Origin: a virus | IMG/VR virus record: IMGVR_UViG_3300042453_003743 | Span: 73,342 to 137,341 of that record | Length of the DNA stretch: 64,000 nt | Direction: 5' to 3' (one strand) | Shown: positions 45,326 to 55,646 of the stretch, piece by piece | Numbering within the stretch: position 1 is the stretch's first letter | Layout of the letters: every line of letters starts with the position of its first letter | The notes under the pieces: model-generated | Told to the model about the DNA's origin: nothing | Database searches by the model: none | What the model saw: only the letters and a program-made list of their open reading frames with translations | Made by a program: the position numbers and the translations under genes

Positions 45326-46855
45326 TCAGGCTCTTCTTCTGTTGCGGTCACCCAATACTGAATTTATTGCTTGAGTCACTGAGGGAGCCCCAATTCTTGC
45401 GGGTTGTGAAGCAGGAGCTGCGCCGCCTTGTGGTGTAGTGGTTGGTTGGCCAATTCTTGCTGGTTGGCTTTGAGGAGAAGTCATTGTTTGGGCTACATTA
45501 CGAACAAATCCGGGTTGAGCTTGAGTCGTTGATATTTCACCTTGAACAACTTGTTTTCTGTAGTTTGGATCATTTCTAAAACGATCTAACTCCATCTGTG
45601 AAAGGTCAACAGCTCTGTCCAATTTTCCTTCGCGTTGTGCTAACTCTGCGTTTTGTTGTGCATAACCCCTGTTCATTTGGTCAGCGGTTAAAGCTGTTTC
45701 TCTTGCTAATGGAGTAAACCTTCCAGCCGAAGAAGAACTTGCGTATCGGATTGCTAAAGAACTGTCTTCATTTGAAAGAGCGTTGTAATCTCTCCCAGTC
45801 AATTCTTTGAATTCGCCATAAGTCATACTAGTTCCCTGAATGCGTTGGCCTAGTTTTTGTTGTGCTCGCAAAGCATCTCTTTGAGCATAAAAGTCAGCTG
45901 TTTCTTTTTGTTTTTGTTCTATTTCCTTAGCTTGTGCTGTTTGGGTTTGAGATACCAGTTCGTCCTGTGAACGACCTACAGTGCTAGCAAAAACATTAGC
46001 AACTTTTGTGCTTGGTTCTGTTGCTCTATTTCCGCCATCTGGCATTGGCCCCTGTGCTGCAGATGCCTCGGCTTCAGCACTTTTTGAAATATTTTCTTTG
46101 ACTCTGGTTTCTAGACCTTTTGATGCATTGGGGCCACTGAGCATGCCTTTAAATAAACTTAATTCTCCGGCTTCCGAAGATGTCAAAGTTGATGGATCTT
46201 TTGCAGACAGTTCTTCCATTCTTTTTGCCATATATGCTGCTTGTTGTGTGTCTGCTTTTTCTCTTCTTAATGCTGTTAATTTTGCTCTATTTTCCGGAGT
46301 ATCTGCTGGAAGATTTGGATTTCCATCTCTTCCCATCTCAAGACCGCCCGATACGTTTCCACCATTTGGCGTCGGTCCTTGTCCTTTTGCCTCTTGCTCT
46401 TTATTGTATTGGTAAGCCTCATCTTCTTCTCTTCGTCTTTTTATGTCGGCTTTTGCGGCATCTCTGCGAGCTTGTTCTTGGGCATTTCTTTCGCGAGCTC
46501 TTTCGTTTCTGGCTTCCGCTTGCGCTTTTTGTCTTGAAACAGCTTCTGGGCTTTGCACATATTCTATTAAATTTTTATTAAATGGATTTGAAATATTATT
46601 TCTAGTAAAAGCCACGCAAGAAACATCATAACCGCGCCTTTCCTTTTCTAAGGATCCTAAAATTTCTTTGGCTGCATTAATGGTTTCTGGCTTAGACAGA
46701 TTGTTCGGCTGTTTAAATAAATTATTTTGTTCTAAAATATTTTTGCTTATATCTTTTAAGCTAGATTTTTTTTCAGCGGGAACATTGGTTTTGGTATTTC
46801 TTGAAAGAAAATTCTTGACTTCCCAATAAAATTGTTTATCTTTTTTGTTATCCAT
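45326..46855 (-). CDS. Large Ala/Gln-rich late protein
   Basis: CTAAATA upstream; internal repeats 'QGP.P.GGN' and 'SQPARIG'. Confidence 0.65.
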   Translation of the reverse strand: MDNKKDKQFYWEVKNFLSRNTKTNVPAEKKSSLKDISKNILEQNNLFKQPNNLSKPETINAAKEILGSLEKERRGYDVSCVAFTRNNISNPFNKNLIEYVQSPEAVSRQKAQAEARNERARERNAQEQARRDAAKADIKRRREEDEAYQYNKEQEAKGQGPTPNGGNVSGGLEMGRDGNPNLPADTPENRAKLTALRREKADTQQAAYMAKRMEELSAKDPSTLTSSEAGELSLFKGMLSGPNASKGLETRVKENISKSAEAEASAAQGPMPDGGNRATEPSTKVANVFASTVGRSQDELVSQTQTAQAKEIEQKQKETADFYAQRDALRAQQKLGQRIQGTSMTYGEFKELTGRDYNALSNEDSSLAIRYASSSSAGRFTPLARETALTADQMNRGYAQQNAELAQREGKLDRAVDLSQMELDRFRNDPNYRKQVVQGEISTTQAQPGFVRNVAQTMTSPQSQPARIGQPTTTPQGGAAPASQPARIGAPSVTQAINSVLGDRNRRRA

Positions 46856-46895
46856 GGCTGTAAAATATTTAGATTTTCATAAATACTTAAAAGGT

Positions 46896-47393
46896 ATGAA
46901 AAAACAGGTTCTCCTGTTAAACCAAGACAACACACCTCTCAATATTATCACTGTCTCAAAAGCTTTTAAACTTTTGTCAAAAGACAAAGTTTGGATCGAT
47001 GAAAACAGTCAAGATTATTATGAAGTTGTGTCGGTATCAAAAATTGTTAAAATTCCAAAAATTTTAATATTAAAATATTACATAAAATTGCCTTATAAAA
47101 GAGCAGCACCAAACAGAGTAAATATTTTAAGAAGAGATAATTACTGCTGTCAATATTGTGGTATTGACCTTTGTCCAAAAACTGCTACTTTAGACCACGT
47201 TATCCCAAAATGCAAAGGTGGTGGTTCTACTTGGGTTAATTTAGTCGCAGCTTGCAAGGACTGCAATTTACACAAAGGAAATCGCACACCAAAAGAAGCA
47301 AAGATGGAACTTAAAAATAAACCAAAAGAACCTTCTTATGGATTCATTTTTGATCATATGCTAATTACCTTTAGGAAATCAAATAATGCCTAA
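46896..47393 (+). CDS. HNH endonuclease (McrA-like)
   Basis: 'VLLLN...P', 'RDNYCCQYCG', 'TLDHVIP..KGG.STW.NLVAAC..CN..KG'. Confidence 0.9.
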   Translation: MKKQVLLLNQDNTPLNIITVSKAFKLLSKDKVWIDENSQDYYEVVSVSKIVKIPKILILKYYIKLPYKRAAPNRVNILRRDNYCCQYCGIDLCPKTATLDHVIPKCKGGGSTWVNLVAACKDCNLHKGNRTPKEAKMELKNKPKEPSYGFIFDHMLITFRKSNNA

Positions 47394-47688
47394 TTATTCG
47401 TTTAAATGTACATCGTGTGACCATCAATTTGAACTATTTTTAAAAATGAGCGAATGTGACAATCCTATTAAAGAAAAATGTCCAAATTGCAAAAAGAAAA
47501 AGGTGGAAAAAGATTGGGGCCAGCAAAGAAATTCAATTGGTATGGATATGACTTTGACTCCAAGCAAGGTAACCGGAACTGCTTGGAAAGAAGTTATAGA
47601 CAAAATTAAAAACAGCGGGCAAGTTCCAAAACGATTCCACGACAAACTAGACAACTCTGGCCAACATGCTGGAAGAATAGTTCGTTAA
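47386..47688 (+). CDS. FmdB-like zinc-ribbon protein
   Basis: 'MPNYSFKC..C...FE...CPNC'. Confidence 0.8.
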   Translation: MPNYSFKCTSCDHQFELFLKMSECDNPIKEKCPNCKKKKVEKDWGQQRNSIGMDMTLTPSKVTGTAWKEVIDKIKNSGQVPKRFHDKLDNSGQHAGRIVR

Positions 47689-48233
47689 ATTTTATTGTTG
47701 ACCAAATATTTTAAAATATAGTAACTGTCCACTATATCTGTTATAGGATTGGACAAAGTTTTCTGCCCAAAACTTAACATCAAATTTGTACCAGTCTCTT
47801 TGCTGAAGGACTCGTACATTAGCCCTTTATCAGCGTTACCTTTGCCTGTGGCGTGTTTCTTTGCTTTAGATGGCTCTACGACCGTCAGAGGAATGCCAGC
47901 CTTATAGAGCTTATGCTTAAAGATACCCATGTTTTCGGCCAAATGAAAAATTCGACCCTGAGAACCATAAGAATACCCTTCAATGGCCACATCCGCAGCC
48001 CCAATACATAAATTTATAGCCCAGTCTGATATGCTGTCAAATCGGTCCACATCTGCAACATAATCTTGAAAACTTTCACCAGTTACATTTGGCAGAATTT
48101 TGTCTGCGTATTTTTTGGTATTTGTCAAATAATAGAAAAAGCAATTATCAAACTTAAATGGCTTTCTCTCATCATAAAGACAGAGGCATGGGCACGTTAT
48201 TGAATAATCTACACCTATTAACATGTGGAACAT
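47685..48233 (-). CDS. RuvC-like Holliday junction resolvase
   Basis: 'IGVDYS', 'IEGYSY', 'KK.ATGKGNADK', 'DIVDSY'. Confidence 0.8.
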   Translation of the reverse strand: MFHMLIGVDYSITCPCLCLYDERKPFKFDNCFFYYLTNTKKYADKILPNVTGESFQDYVADVDRFDSISDWAINLCIGAADVAIEGYSYGSQGRIFHLAENMGIFKHKLYKAGIPLTVVEPSKAKKHATGKGNADKGLMYESFSKETGTNLMLSFGQKTLSNPITDIVDSYYILKYLVNNKI

Positions 48234-48239
48234 AGATAT

Positions 48240-49043
48240 TTATTCTTCATACCAAGGCCAATCGCAGAACTTGGATTTCATAATATTATCTATCCACTTA
48301 TAATAGTGACAAACTTTCATTGCTCCATTGTCAATTACACTTCCGGAATCTGGATCTACTCCAAAGAAAGATATGATGCCAGCCAACTTTCCGGAATCTT
48401 CAAATATTCCTCCCCCAGAATCGCCATAATAGACTGAACCGTTTAGGGCAAGCATTCGCATGACTTGACCCCCATCTTCGATCAAAGAGCCGTAGTAGCG
48501 CATTATGCCCTTCTCGCTCACCTTCTTGTAGCCAAGACTCCAACCCACTGTAATCAATTCTTCCCCCGGAATCAGATCCCAAGTTTTTTGTGAAAGTTCT
48601 GCCGGTGGTTCGTAGCAATCTCCATCAAGAATGCAAAGAACAATATCGTTCATTGGAAACCCAGGAACGTAAGGACTTGCTCTATGAACTTCGGAGATTC
48701 TTAAAAACTGACCGCCATGAGTCCAAAAATATTTTGGAGGGTCTTCGGATAATGCAAAACAATGTTGTGCACTTAGTATTGCATTTCTATGAATAAGAAC
48801 CGCAGATCCAATTACATCGCCTGATTGAGATACAAGAGCACCTACACAGGAGTAGCGGTCGTCCTCAGCGAGTCCGATGGAATCGTACTTCGAAGAATCC
48901 AATAAGAACGCGGGGACTTCCGCTACCCCTTGTGTTTGTTCGGGTACTTGCTCAGATTCAACTTGTTTTGGAGGAGACGATAGCGAATTGCAAGCAGTGC
49001 TTGTCGCCATCACAAATGCGAGGATTGCGGCCCTCAGCAACAT
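48240..49043 (-). CDS. Trypsin-like serine protease, probable lipoprotein
   Basis: Triad motifs 'SAQHC', 'NDIVL', 'GDSGGG'; signal peptide ending '..STAC'. Confidence 0.85.
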   Translation of the reverse strand: MLLRAAILAFVMATSTACNSLSSPPKQVESEQVPEQTQGVAEVPAFLLDSSKYDSIGLAEDDRYSCVGALVSQSGDVIGSAVLIHRNAILSAQHCFALSEDPPKYFWTHGGQFLRISEVHRASPYVPGFPMNDIVLCILDGDCYEPPAELSQKTWDLIPGEELITVGWSLGYKKVSEKGIMRYYGSLIEDGGQVMRMLALNGSVYYGDSGGGIFEDSGKLAGIISFFGVDPDSGSVIDNGAMKVCHYYKWIDNIMKSKFCDWPWYEE

Positions 49044-49099
49044 GGCAAAAATATTTAGAATAAAAAACCCCATTTCGGGGGAGAAATTTTTTAATTTTT

Positions 49100-49435
49100 T
49101 TATTTTGTTTTTGTATAGTGCGCTTCAAAATGACAATTTGCACACAATAAATCACATTTATCTAATTCATGTTTACATTTTTCCCAAGAATGCGGTCTTC
49201 CATTCCATGATAGTGCAAAATCTTTTTTACTTGGATCTTTATGATGAAACTGGAGTGCTGCATTGCATTTATTATAACCACATTTTGAACATTTGCCACC
49301 TTTATAATCAATACACTTTTGTTTTTTTCTTTGTCTAAATGCGGTCACATTACATGAATTGCATACAGTTTTTCTATGACCATTTGTACGATTATATTCA
49401 TAACTTTTATTGCAACGAGTACAGGTAGTATTCAT
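49100..49435 (-). CDS. Small HNH endonuclease
   Basis: 'GKCSKCGY...ALQFHHKDP...KCDLLCANCH'. Confidence 0.85.
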   Translation of the reverse strand: MNTTCTRCNKSYEYNRTNGHRKTVCNSCNVTAFRQRKKQKCIDYKGGKCSKCGYNKCNAALQFHHKDPSKKDFALSWNGRPHSWEKCKHELDKCDLLCANCHFEAHYTKTK

Positions 49436-49478
49436 ACTATTATTTAGTATTAGCACTACCTGTACTACCGTTATTTAA

Positions 49479-49551
49479 CTCCTCGGGTTGGGATCGAACC
49501 AACGACACTTCGCTTAACAGGCGAACGCTTCTACCACTGAGCTACCGAGGA
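49479..49551 (-). tRNA. tRNA-Asn(GTT)
   Basis: Cloverleaf, loop CTGTTAA. Confidence 0.95.
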
Positions 49552-49559
49552 GTGAAGAA

Positions 49560-51449
49560 TCAGACTATCTGGCAACCGCCAGCACTGCAGGCAAATTCCT
49601 TTGCCGACTCAGTATTGTCTTCTGCCTCGTATTTAGACAGCTCCTTAAAGTTAACTTTAACCTTTGGATGTGCCGAATACGTTGCAGAATCAATTTGCTC
49701 AAATGGAGCCTGAGCGTATGTGTGATTGTCGCCACCGGGAAGGAACGAGATGCCAGTAGCAACATCAAAGTTCTCCCAGAGCCAGTTACCGACTTCAAGG
49801 AACTCGGAGTCCTTGTAGTTGACTGTAATTGATGGCTTGTGTTGACAATAATGTTCCTGATAAGTCTTCCATAGATCCAAGTGATCCAATGCACGGAGAT
49901 CTTCGGTAGTAACTGTACCTCTTGGAGCCTTCATTGCAAAAGTGAAGACTGCTGTGTTAGCAGGATTGATCACATCATCTTCGCAAGGAACGCCTTGATC
50001 CTTCATGAGATTATAAATTGGATCTTTCTTGTCAATGCGAATTCTACGATAATAATGTTCTGCATAACGTGGGTGTAGACCCGAAGCCGAATCAACCAAG
50101 CAAGAAGTGGTTCCCTCTGGCTTGACGCATGTGATGGACTTGCTTGGGTTGATACCGAGCTTTTCTGCCCACTTCATGTTAGTTGCGGTTGCATGATCTC
50201 GTAGAGTCTCAAGAAGACGAACTAACTTAGGCTTGCCTTCCAATCCACTGGTCAACTTGTTGTCGTAGATACCAGTCATGCTGACTCCGAGAAGTCTTTC
50301 TTCTTCGCAGTTCTTCTTCCATTCTGGACGAAGATAAGGGAAGTTTGTGAACGTAGACTGAACTGTACCTATGATTGTAGCAATCTCAATCTTCTTCTTG
50401 AGGCTTGCTGCAGTGTCATCGGGACGAACGACAACAGTGGAAAGGTTGCAGAACTCAAATGGCTTCAGAATGATCTCCGAGCATGGATTTGTTCCATACT
50501 CACAATTCTCATCGCGACCCCACTTGGCTGCTTGCTCTTGAAGAGCCTTACGATTGATCATGCCACGCTCACCGCTGTGGCTGTTGTATAGAGATGTCCA
50601 CTCCTCAAGGAACTGGCCCATCGGAGGACGGCCACGGTATACCGCTGAGTTGTTTGCGTATGAACGGAAGCCTGCTTGCTCCCACCATGCACCACTCTTG
50701 CACAATGCCATTTCACGATCAGAAAGATCGCTCAGAGAAATCATGGCAGAACGACGAACTCCACCGACGATAACTGCGTTTGCAATGGCACAGCAGATGT
50801 CGTGGCACTCAAGAGCAGTCAAACGACGGCCCTGTGCGTTGTAGAAAACCTTGACAATAAACTTGAACAAATTGTCAAGCGGAGCAGGACCGCTTGCGCG
50901 ACCACCGAATGTCTTGAGTCTTGCTCCAGCAGGACGAATCTTGCTCAAGTCCCATTTGACATGGCGACCAGAATACAGGTGATCCATAAGGAACTTGACT
51001 GCATTGCCCCAACCTTCCTTGGAGTCTTCAACAACATAGGTGATGTTAAATGCCTTCTCAATTTTGTTTGCAACTTGAGGAAGTTTGTCTGTGTATTGAT
51101 GCTCAACAGAATAACCGACACCAGTGCCATTCATCAGAACAACGAACAACTCTGCAAACGAATCTAAAGAATCAATTGGAAGATAGGAGCAGTTGTAAAG
51201 GCAAGTGTTGTCATGATCCAGTGCAGGGCCAGCGGTCATTAGACTACGCATGGACGGAAGAACCTCTAGGTTAAGAATGGCATCCTTTACATCAGGACGC
51301 TCTGCAAGCTGTGGAACTTTACCAGTAAAATATTTCCACCAACGGTCAACACACTCCTCCCAAGACTCGCGTCGGTTTTGCTCCGGAAGCCAACGAGAAT
51401 ACCGCGAGATAAAAATAAACGATTGAAATGGTGATAAAATTTCTGCCAT
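49560..51449 (-). CDS. nrdJ: Class II (B12-dependent) ribonucleotide reductase
   Basis: 'PSMR', 'YNCS', 'VGGVRRSA', 'TNPCSEI', 'KPEGT', C-terminal 'CSAGGC'. Confidence 0.9.
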   Translation of the reverse strand: MAEILSPFQSFIFISRYSRWLPEQNRRESWEECVDRWWKYFTGKVPQLAERPDVKDAILNLEVLPSMRSLMTAGPALDHDNTCLYNCSYLPIDSLDSFAELFVVLMNGTGVGYSVEHQYTDKLPQVANKIEKAFNITYVVEDSKEGWGNAVKFLMDHLYSGRHVKWDLSKIRPAGARLKTFGGRASGPAPLDNLFKFIVKVFYNAQGRRLTALECHDICCAIANAVIVGGVRRSAMISLSDLSDREMALCKSGAWWEQAGFRSYANNSAVYRGRPPMGQFLEEWTSLYNSHSGERGMINRKALQEQAAKWGRDENCEYGTNPCSEIILKPFEFCNLSTVVVRPDDTAASLKKKIEIATIIGTVQSTFTNFPYLRPEWKKNCEEERLLGVSMTGIYDNKLTSGLEGKPKLVRLLETLRDHATATNMKWAEKLGINPSKSITCVKPEGTTSCLVDSASGLHPRYAEHYYRRIRIDKKDPIYNLMKDQGVPCEDDVINPANTAVFTFAMKAPRGTVTTEDLRALDHLDLWKTYQEHYCQHKPSITVNYKDSEFLEVGNWLWENFDVATGISFLPGGDNHTYAQAPFEQIDSATYSAHPKVKVNFKELSKYEAEDNTESAKEFACSAGGCQIV

Positions 51450-51462
51450 AATACCCTACTCC

Positions 51463-52287
51463 TTAGTTGGTGATCTTATTTAGATTCTGTATCTTATTGT
51501 CTTTTTTATATTTTTCAAGCATTAGTTCGTATGAATTACTTTCGTCTATTATAGAATAATAATTTACAAATCCATACATTTTTTCATTACATATATACTG
51601 ATCTATTTCATTTTTTCTTGCTATATTTGAAAATATTACAAACTCATAATGATGGTTGCCCCAGTAGTCTGATGTATATGATAATTTATTTAAAAAATTA
51701 CAATCAATCAAATATGTGCAGTGAACCAGAGGAACTTTAAAAGTTCCCTTTAAATTTTCTCGTCTCCAAATAGCAACAGCCATCGGTGAATCTTTGTGGT
51801 ATCCATTTTCAGTAGTAGCACAGAAATAATTTGAATACAAACAAGACTCGTTATAAACTTTAATAAATGGGGCAACTATTGGTTTTTTTAATTGTATTAA
51901 ATCTTTTAAAGTATCCTTGCAAACCCAATTATCTGTATCCATCACAAAGTAGTAATCCGTTTTTTCTAAACGACAAATGTCTAAACTTCTGTTTCTGACT
52001 TTTGCCATTTTTTTCAAACGAACAGAGCCGTTGTCAGACCAATCCAAACCCTTTATTACATTTGGATCATCTTCACATTTTTCAAAAATAATATTTTTAT
52101 ATTTTTTATAATTTTTTGAAATCCAATCAGACAAGTAGTTTACGCTATCATCATCATTATTATTAGTGTTTATGTAAATGGTAATTAATTTTTTATCATA
52201 ATCCATTTCTTCTAAACATCTAAAATAATTTGGTAAAAATTTTAAATGATTGCGAGTTAAAATTGAAAAAAAAATAGTTTTATCCAT
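51463..52287 (-). CDS. GT-A glycosyltransferase (procollagen-galactosyltransferase/Anp1-like)
   Basis: 'YI.TNNN.D', 'YYFVMDTD', 'PIVAP', 'VPLVHCTYLI'. Confidence 0.75.
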   Translation of the reverse strand: MDKTIFFSILTRNHLKFLPNYFRCLEEMDYDKKLITIYINTNNNDDDSVNYLSDWISKNYKKYKNIIFEKCEDDPNVIKGLDWSDNGSVRLKKMAKVRNRSLDICRLEKTDYYFVMDTDNWVCKDTLKDLIQLKKPIVAPFIKVYNESCLYSNYFCATTENGYHKDSPMAVAIWRRENLKGTFKVPLVHCTYLIDCNFLNKLSYTSDYWGNHHYEFVIFSNIARKNEIDQYICNEKMYGFVNYYSIIDESNSYELMLEKYKKDNKIQNLNKITN

Positions 52288-53008
52288 TTTTAGTCAAAGT
52301 TTTCCACGAAACTGAAAAAATTGGGTCAATTATTTTATCAATTGCTTCAGCGTACTTTTGAATTTCCCACTGTGCGTGAGCATCAATTCTCAAATTGTAA
52401 ACTCTAGCAAATGCGTAGAGAGAACCAGTCCACACAAATTCTGTATAAGTCCCTTGTGGGAGAATTGATCTTGCCTGTTCGGGCGCAACACCATCAGTCA
52501 AAAGCCGATTGTATAGATCAACACATTCTTTTGCAATACCATCGTATTCTTGTCTCAATCTAATGCAAAGATCCATATCTTCAATTGCACCGCTGCTACC
52601 TTGTTTGGCCCCATCAGTAGGTGCGTTTCTCCACAATGGAGTATAAATCTCTGGCTCAAATGTGACATATCTGCGACTCACCTCATTCATGACAAGGCCA
52701 ACCTGATGCTTTCCCAATTGTGCTCTTACAAAAATTGGGCATTTAATTCTTACACTGATCTGTGGATGGCAGAAAGGTGTGAAGTGGTTGTGCTTTGCAA
52801 GATACTTGATAAGTTTTTGATCTTTTTCAGATAGCTTTTTATCAATAATGTTCCCACTCCAATGCTGTTCCCCATCCCAAGAACTTTCCTTGTTAAAGGA
52901 AACACGGGCAGCATTGACAACACTAAGGTCTGAACCCATGTAATCAACTAACTGCACATGTCCATGATCAAGAACTTTAATATCAGTCTGAGCCGCGCTT
53001 TGAGTCAT
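52280..53008 (-). CDS. thyX: Flavin-dependent thymidylate synthase
   Basis: 'VVNAARVSF', 'H.TPF', 'NEVSRRY', 'EQARSILPQ', 'HAQWEI'. Confidence 0.92.
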   Translation of the reverse strand: MTQSAAQTDIKVLDHGHVQLVDYMGSDLSVVNAARVSFNKESSWDGEQHWSGNIIDKKLSEKDQKLIKYLAKHNHFTPFCHPQISVRIKCPIFVRAQLGKHQVGLVMNEVSRRYVTFEPEIYTPLWRNAPTDGAKQGSSGAIEDMDLCIRLRQEYDGIAKECVDLYNRLLTDGVAPEQARSILPQGTYTEFVWTGSLYAFARVYNLRIDAHAQWEIQKYAEAIDKIIDPIFSVSWKTLTKNG

Positions 53009-53213
53009 CTGTGTCATCTTCTTCATCTTTATCTACAAGTTCAACAGTTACACCAGGAATCTTAGTAAAGTCTGCCGCATATTCGCGGGCTCTTGACCAT
53101 AAACCAGGATCCATTTCTTTTACATATTCTCCAAATCGTTGGACGAAGGTCAAATAGGCTTCACTCGCCTTTAAGATATCTTCTTCCGACATTTCATCGT
53201 TATCGTCTTTCAT
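52983..53213 (-). CDS. Acidic hypothetical protein
   Basis: Operon-packed ORF. Confidence 0.6.
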   Translation of the reverse strand: MKDDNDEMSEEDILKASEAYLTFVQRFGEYVKEMDPGLWSRAREYAADFTKIPGVTVELVDKDEEDDTDDSKRGSD

Positions 53214-53214
53214 T

Positions 53215-54198
53215 TTAAACCTTCTTCCAGTAAGTATATTTCATTTTCGCCTTAAGTCCAGAATAAACATTGTTGATTATCAACTTCATGGTAAGCTGCT
53301 CTCCGTATGCAATCACCATGTCATTAATATCCTTCTTGTTTATTTCAGACGGCCAGATTACTACGTTTCTTCCGGCATTTATGTATCTTTCCATCAAACC
53401 AGAAATTTCTGCATTTCGTGGTTCGTTATCAAAAATAAAAACTACTTTTGAATTTGCAATCTTTTCAGGCAGTTGTTCAAGCCATCCTGCACCTTGCATT
53501 GCTGTGCAATTTGGAATAAACATCGAATCAATCGGCCCCTCTGTTACAAACACCGTTGAGCGGGCATCTATCTTATCTAGGTTGTACCAAAGTCTTTCTT
53601 GCCCTTCTTTTTTGAGCGTGATGTACCGGATCGCTTTTTCGTCTTCAATAGCTCTTCCCTGTACCCCAATAAGCGAACCCATCTCGTTGTAGAATGGTAT
53701 GACGAGTCTGGCTTCCTTAGATCCAGTTCTGTCGAAGTCTGACATGATTTTGCTGAAATCAGCGCAGTAATAAAAATTACTATATTTGTCTTTCGGAATT
53801 TTTCTAGACTCAACATATTTTACCGCCCTATGATCTGTATTGAGTAGGTCAAGCCTTGTTCCGAGATTAGTGAAAGATGGTTCTTTGAGAATCTTCGGCT
53901 CTTCAACCATCGGTTCTGGGTTTTTTTCCTTAAACATTTCAAACGCGTATTCTTTGCATAGTGATGGGCTAACAGACTCAAGAACCCCATATAAATTACA
54001 AGAAAACCCGCAATTGTGGCATTTGTATACATAATGTCCTTTATGCTCAAAGAAATATCCCCTTGTCTTGGATTTATTTCTCTTTGAGTCGCCACACTTA
54101 AAACAACGACATGTGGCTAGCGTTTCCTTTTTCCACTTAAATTTCTGAAGTGAACCGGAAACTAAATTGACAAACTTCTTGTCAATATATAGTGTCAT
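53215..54198 (-). CDS. 61: DNA primase (T4 gp61-like)
   Basis: 'RC..CGDS..NKSK.RG', 'CHNCG', 'EGPIDS', 'DNEPRN', 'KDINDM'. Confidence 0.92.
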   Translation of the reverse strand: MTLYIDKKFVNLVSGSLQKFKWKKETLATCRCFKCGDSKRNKSKTRGYFFEHKGHYVYKCHNCGFSCNLYGVLESVSPSLCKEYAFEMFKEKNPEPMVEEPKILKEPSFTNLGTRLDLLNTDHRAVKYVESRKIPKDKYSNFYYCADFSKIMSDFDRTGSKEARLVIPFYNEMGSLIGVQGRAIEDEKAIRYITLKKEGQERLWYNLDKIDARSTVFVTEGPIDSMFIPNCTAMQGAGWLEQLPEKIANSKVVFIFDNEPRNAEISGLMERYINAGRNVVIWPSEINKKDINDMVIAYGEQLTMKLIINNVYSGLKAKMKYTYWKKV

Positions 54199-55610
54199 TT
54201 TGCGCCTTCAAAAGTCCAATTTACGGCTTTATTCTTTTTCTTGGCAAATGCCGGATTGAACGCTGCTCCGTCGTAACCCGATCCGAGTCCTTCATCATCC
54301 GTATTATTAGCATTAACAAGATTGTTATTAGAATTGTCAACATCATAAAATTTCATCTTGGATTTATTAACACCAACCAAAAATTTTCTGTTTTTAGTTG
54401 TGTCGTTACCACGATTCTTCAATTGCTTTACCATTAGATGACCAGACCCCGCAAGCTCCTCATTTTCTATGAGAGCAAAGAAAAAATCTGCTGTTTGTGG
54501 AAGACCAAAACTTTCTGAGGTATCAGTCATTTCCATATCACTGCTTTTTGCACCTTCGCGATTTACTTGTGTAGCAGTCCATAGCGGAACATTGAACTGC
54601 TTCGCAAGCCCGCGAAGCTCTTCAGCAATTCCTTTTACATAGGTATAGCTATTCATGCCATTACCGAGTTTGAATCTTGCGCATGAACAGATATTCAGAT
54701 AGTCAACAAAAATTACATCGGGAATAAACTTCTTCTTGATCTTCAATTCTTCCATAAGATTGCGGAAGTGAGTAACGTTTGCAGCAGCAGTTGGGTACTC
54801 TTTGATAATAAGTTTACCACGGCAAGTTTTTTTGAGATTTTCAATCTTGCTTTCGTACTGGGTGACTGGCATTTGCTCAAGAACATGCATATCAGTGTCT
54901 AGCAAGTTTGCATCAATTCGTTTTGCAATTTCTTCCTCTGCCATCTCAAGTGTAATGTACAAAACATTCATGTTCTGTGATAGGCAAGATGCAGCATGAT
55001 GGCAAAGAAATGCACTCTTTCCAACCCCAGATGCAGCCATAACAACATTGAGTGTCTTCTTGCGAACACCACCTCGGGTGATTGTATTAAACATTTCTAG
55101 ATCGAAAGGAATCTTTTCCTCAACCCTATGATAATATTCATAGCGCTCATCCACATCTTCAAGAAAATCATGCCCGACTCTAGTATCAAATGAGACGGAC
55201 AGAGCCTTTGACATAATCTCTGGAATTGCATTTTGTGTTTTCTCCTTGTCTTTTCCTTCGATAATTCCGATGGATTCCATGATACCATTATAAATGGCTT
55301 TTTCCTTGCAGAACTTTTCAGTATTTTCTACAAGCCAAATAGTATCAGATTTTTCCCCTTCTTTGTACATTTCATCGGCAATTGAAACGCACTTTTTAAA
55401 CTCAATTTCCCCTAGAGTTTTTTCATTTTCAAGAGAAATAAGTATTGCATCCTTAGTTGGAATATTATTATATCTTAGAATGAACTTGCTCGTAATATTA
55501 AATACGGTTCTTTCTGACTTGTCGTGAAAATATTCCTCTTGAAGAAAAGGAACCACTTTTCTTGCGTACTCCTCATTGAGCACCAAGTTCTTTAAAATAA
55601 CTGTTTCCAT
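54195..55610 (-). CDS. 41: Replicative helicase (T4 gp41-like)
   Basis: 'ASGVGKS', 'TLEMAEE.IA.RIDAN', 'IKEYPT', 'DYLNI', 'SESFGLP.TAD'. Confidence 0.95.
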   Translation of the reverse strand: METVILKNLVLNEEYARKVVPFLQEEYFHDKSERTVFNITSKFILRYNNIPTKDAILISLENEKTLGEIEFKKCVSIADEMYKEGEKSDTIWLVENTEKFCKEKAIYNGIMESIGIIEGKDKEKTQNAIPEIMSKALSVSFDTRVGHDFLEDVDERYEYYHRVEEKIPFDLEMFNTITRGGVRKKTLNVVMAASGVGKSAFLCHHAASCLSQNMNVLYITLEMAEEEIAKRIDANLLDTDMHVLEQMPVTQYESKIENLKKTCRGKLIIKEYPTAAANVTHFRNLMEELKIKKKFIPDVIFVDYLNICSCARFKLGNGMNSYTYVKGIAEELRGLAKQFNVPLWTATQVNREGAKSSDMEMTDTSESFGLPQTADFFFALIENEELAGSGHLMVKQLKNRGNDTTKNRKFLVGVNKSKMKFYDVDNSNNNLVNANNTDDEGLGSGYDGAAFNPAFAKKKNKAVNWTFEGAK

Positions 55611-55646
55611 TATATCAATATACTCTTGTTTTTTTATTAAGCAAAA

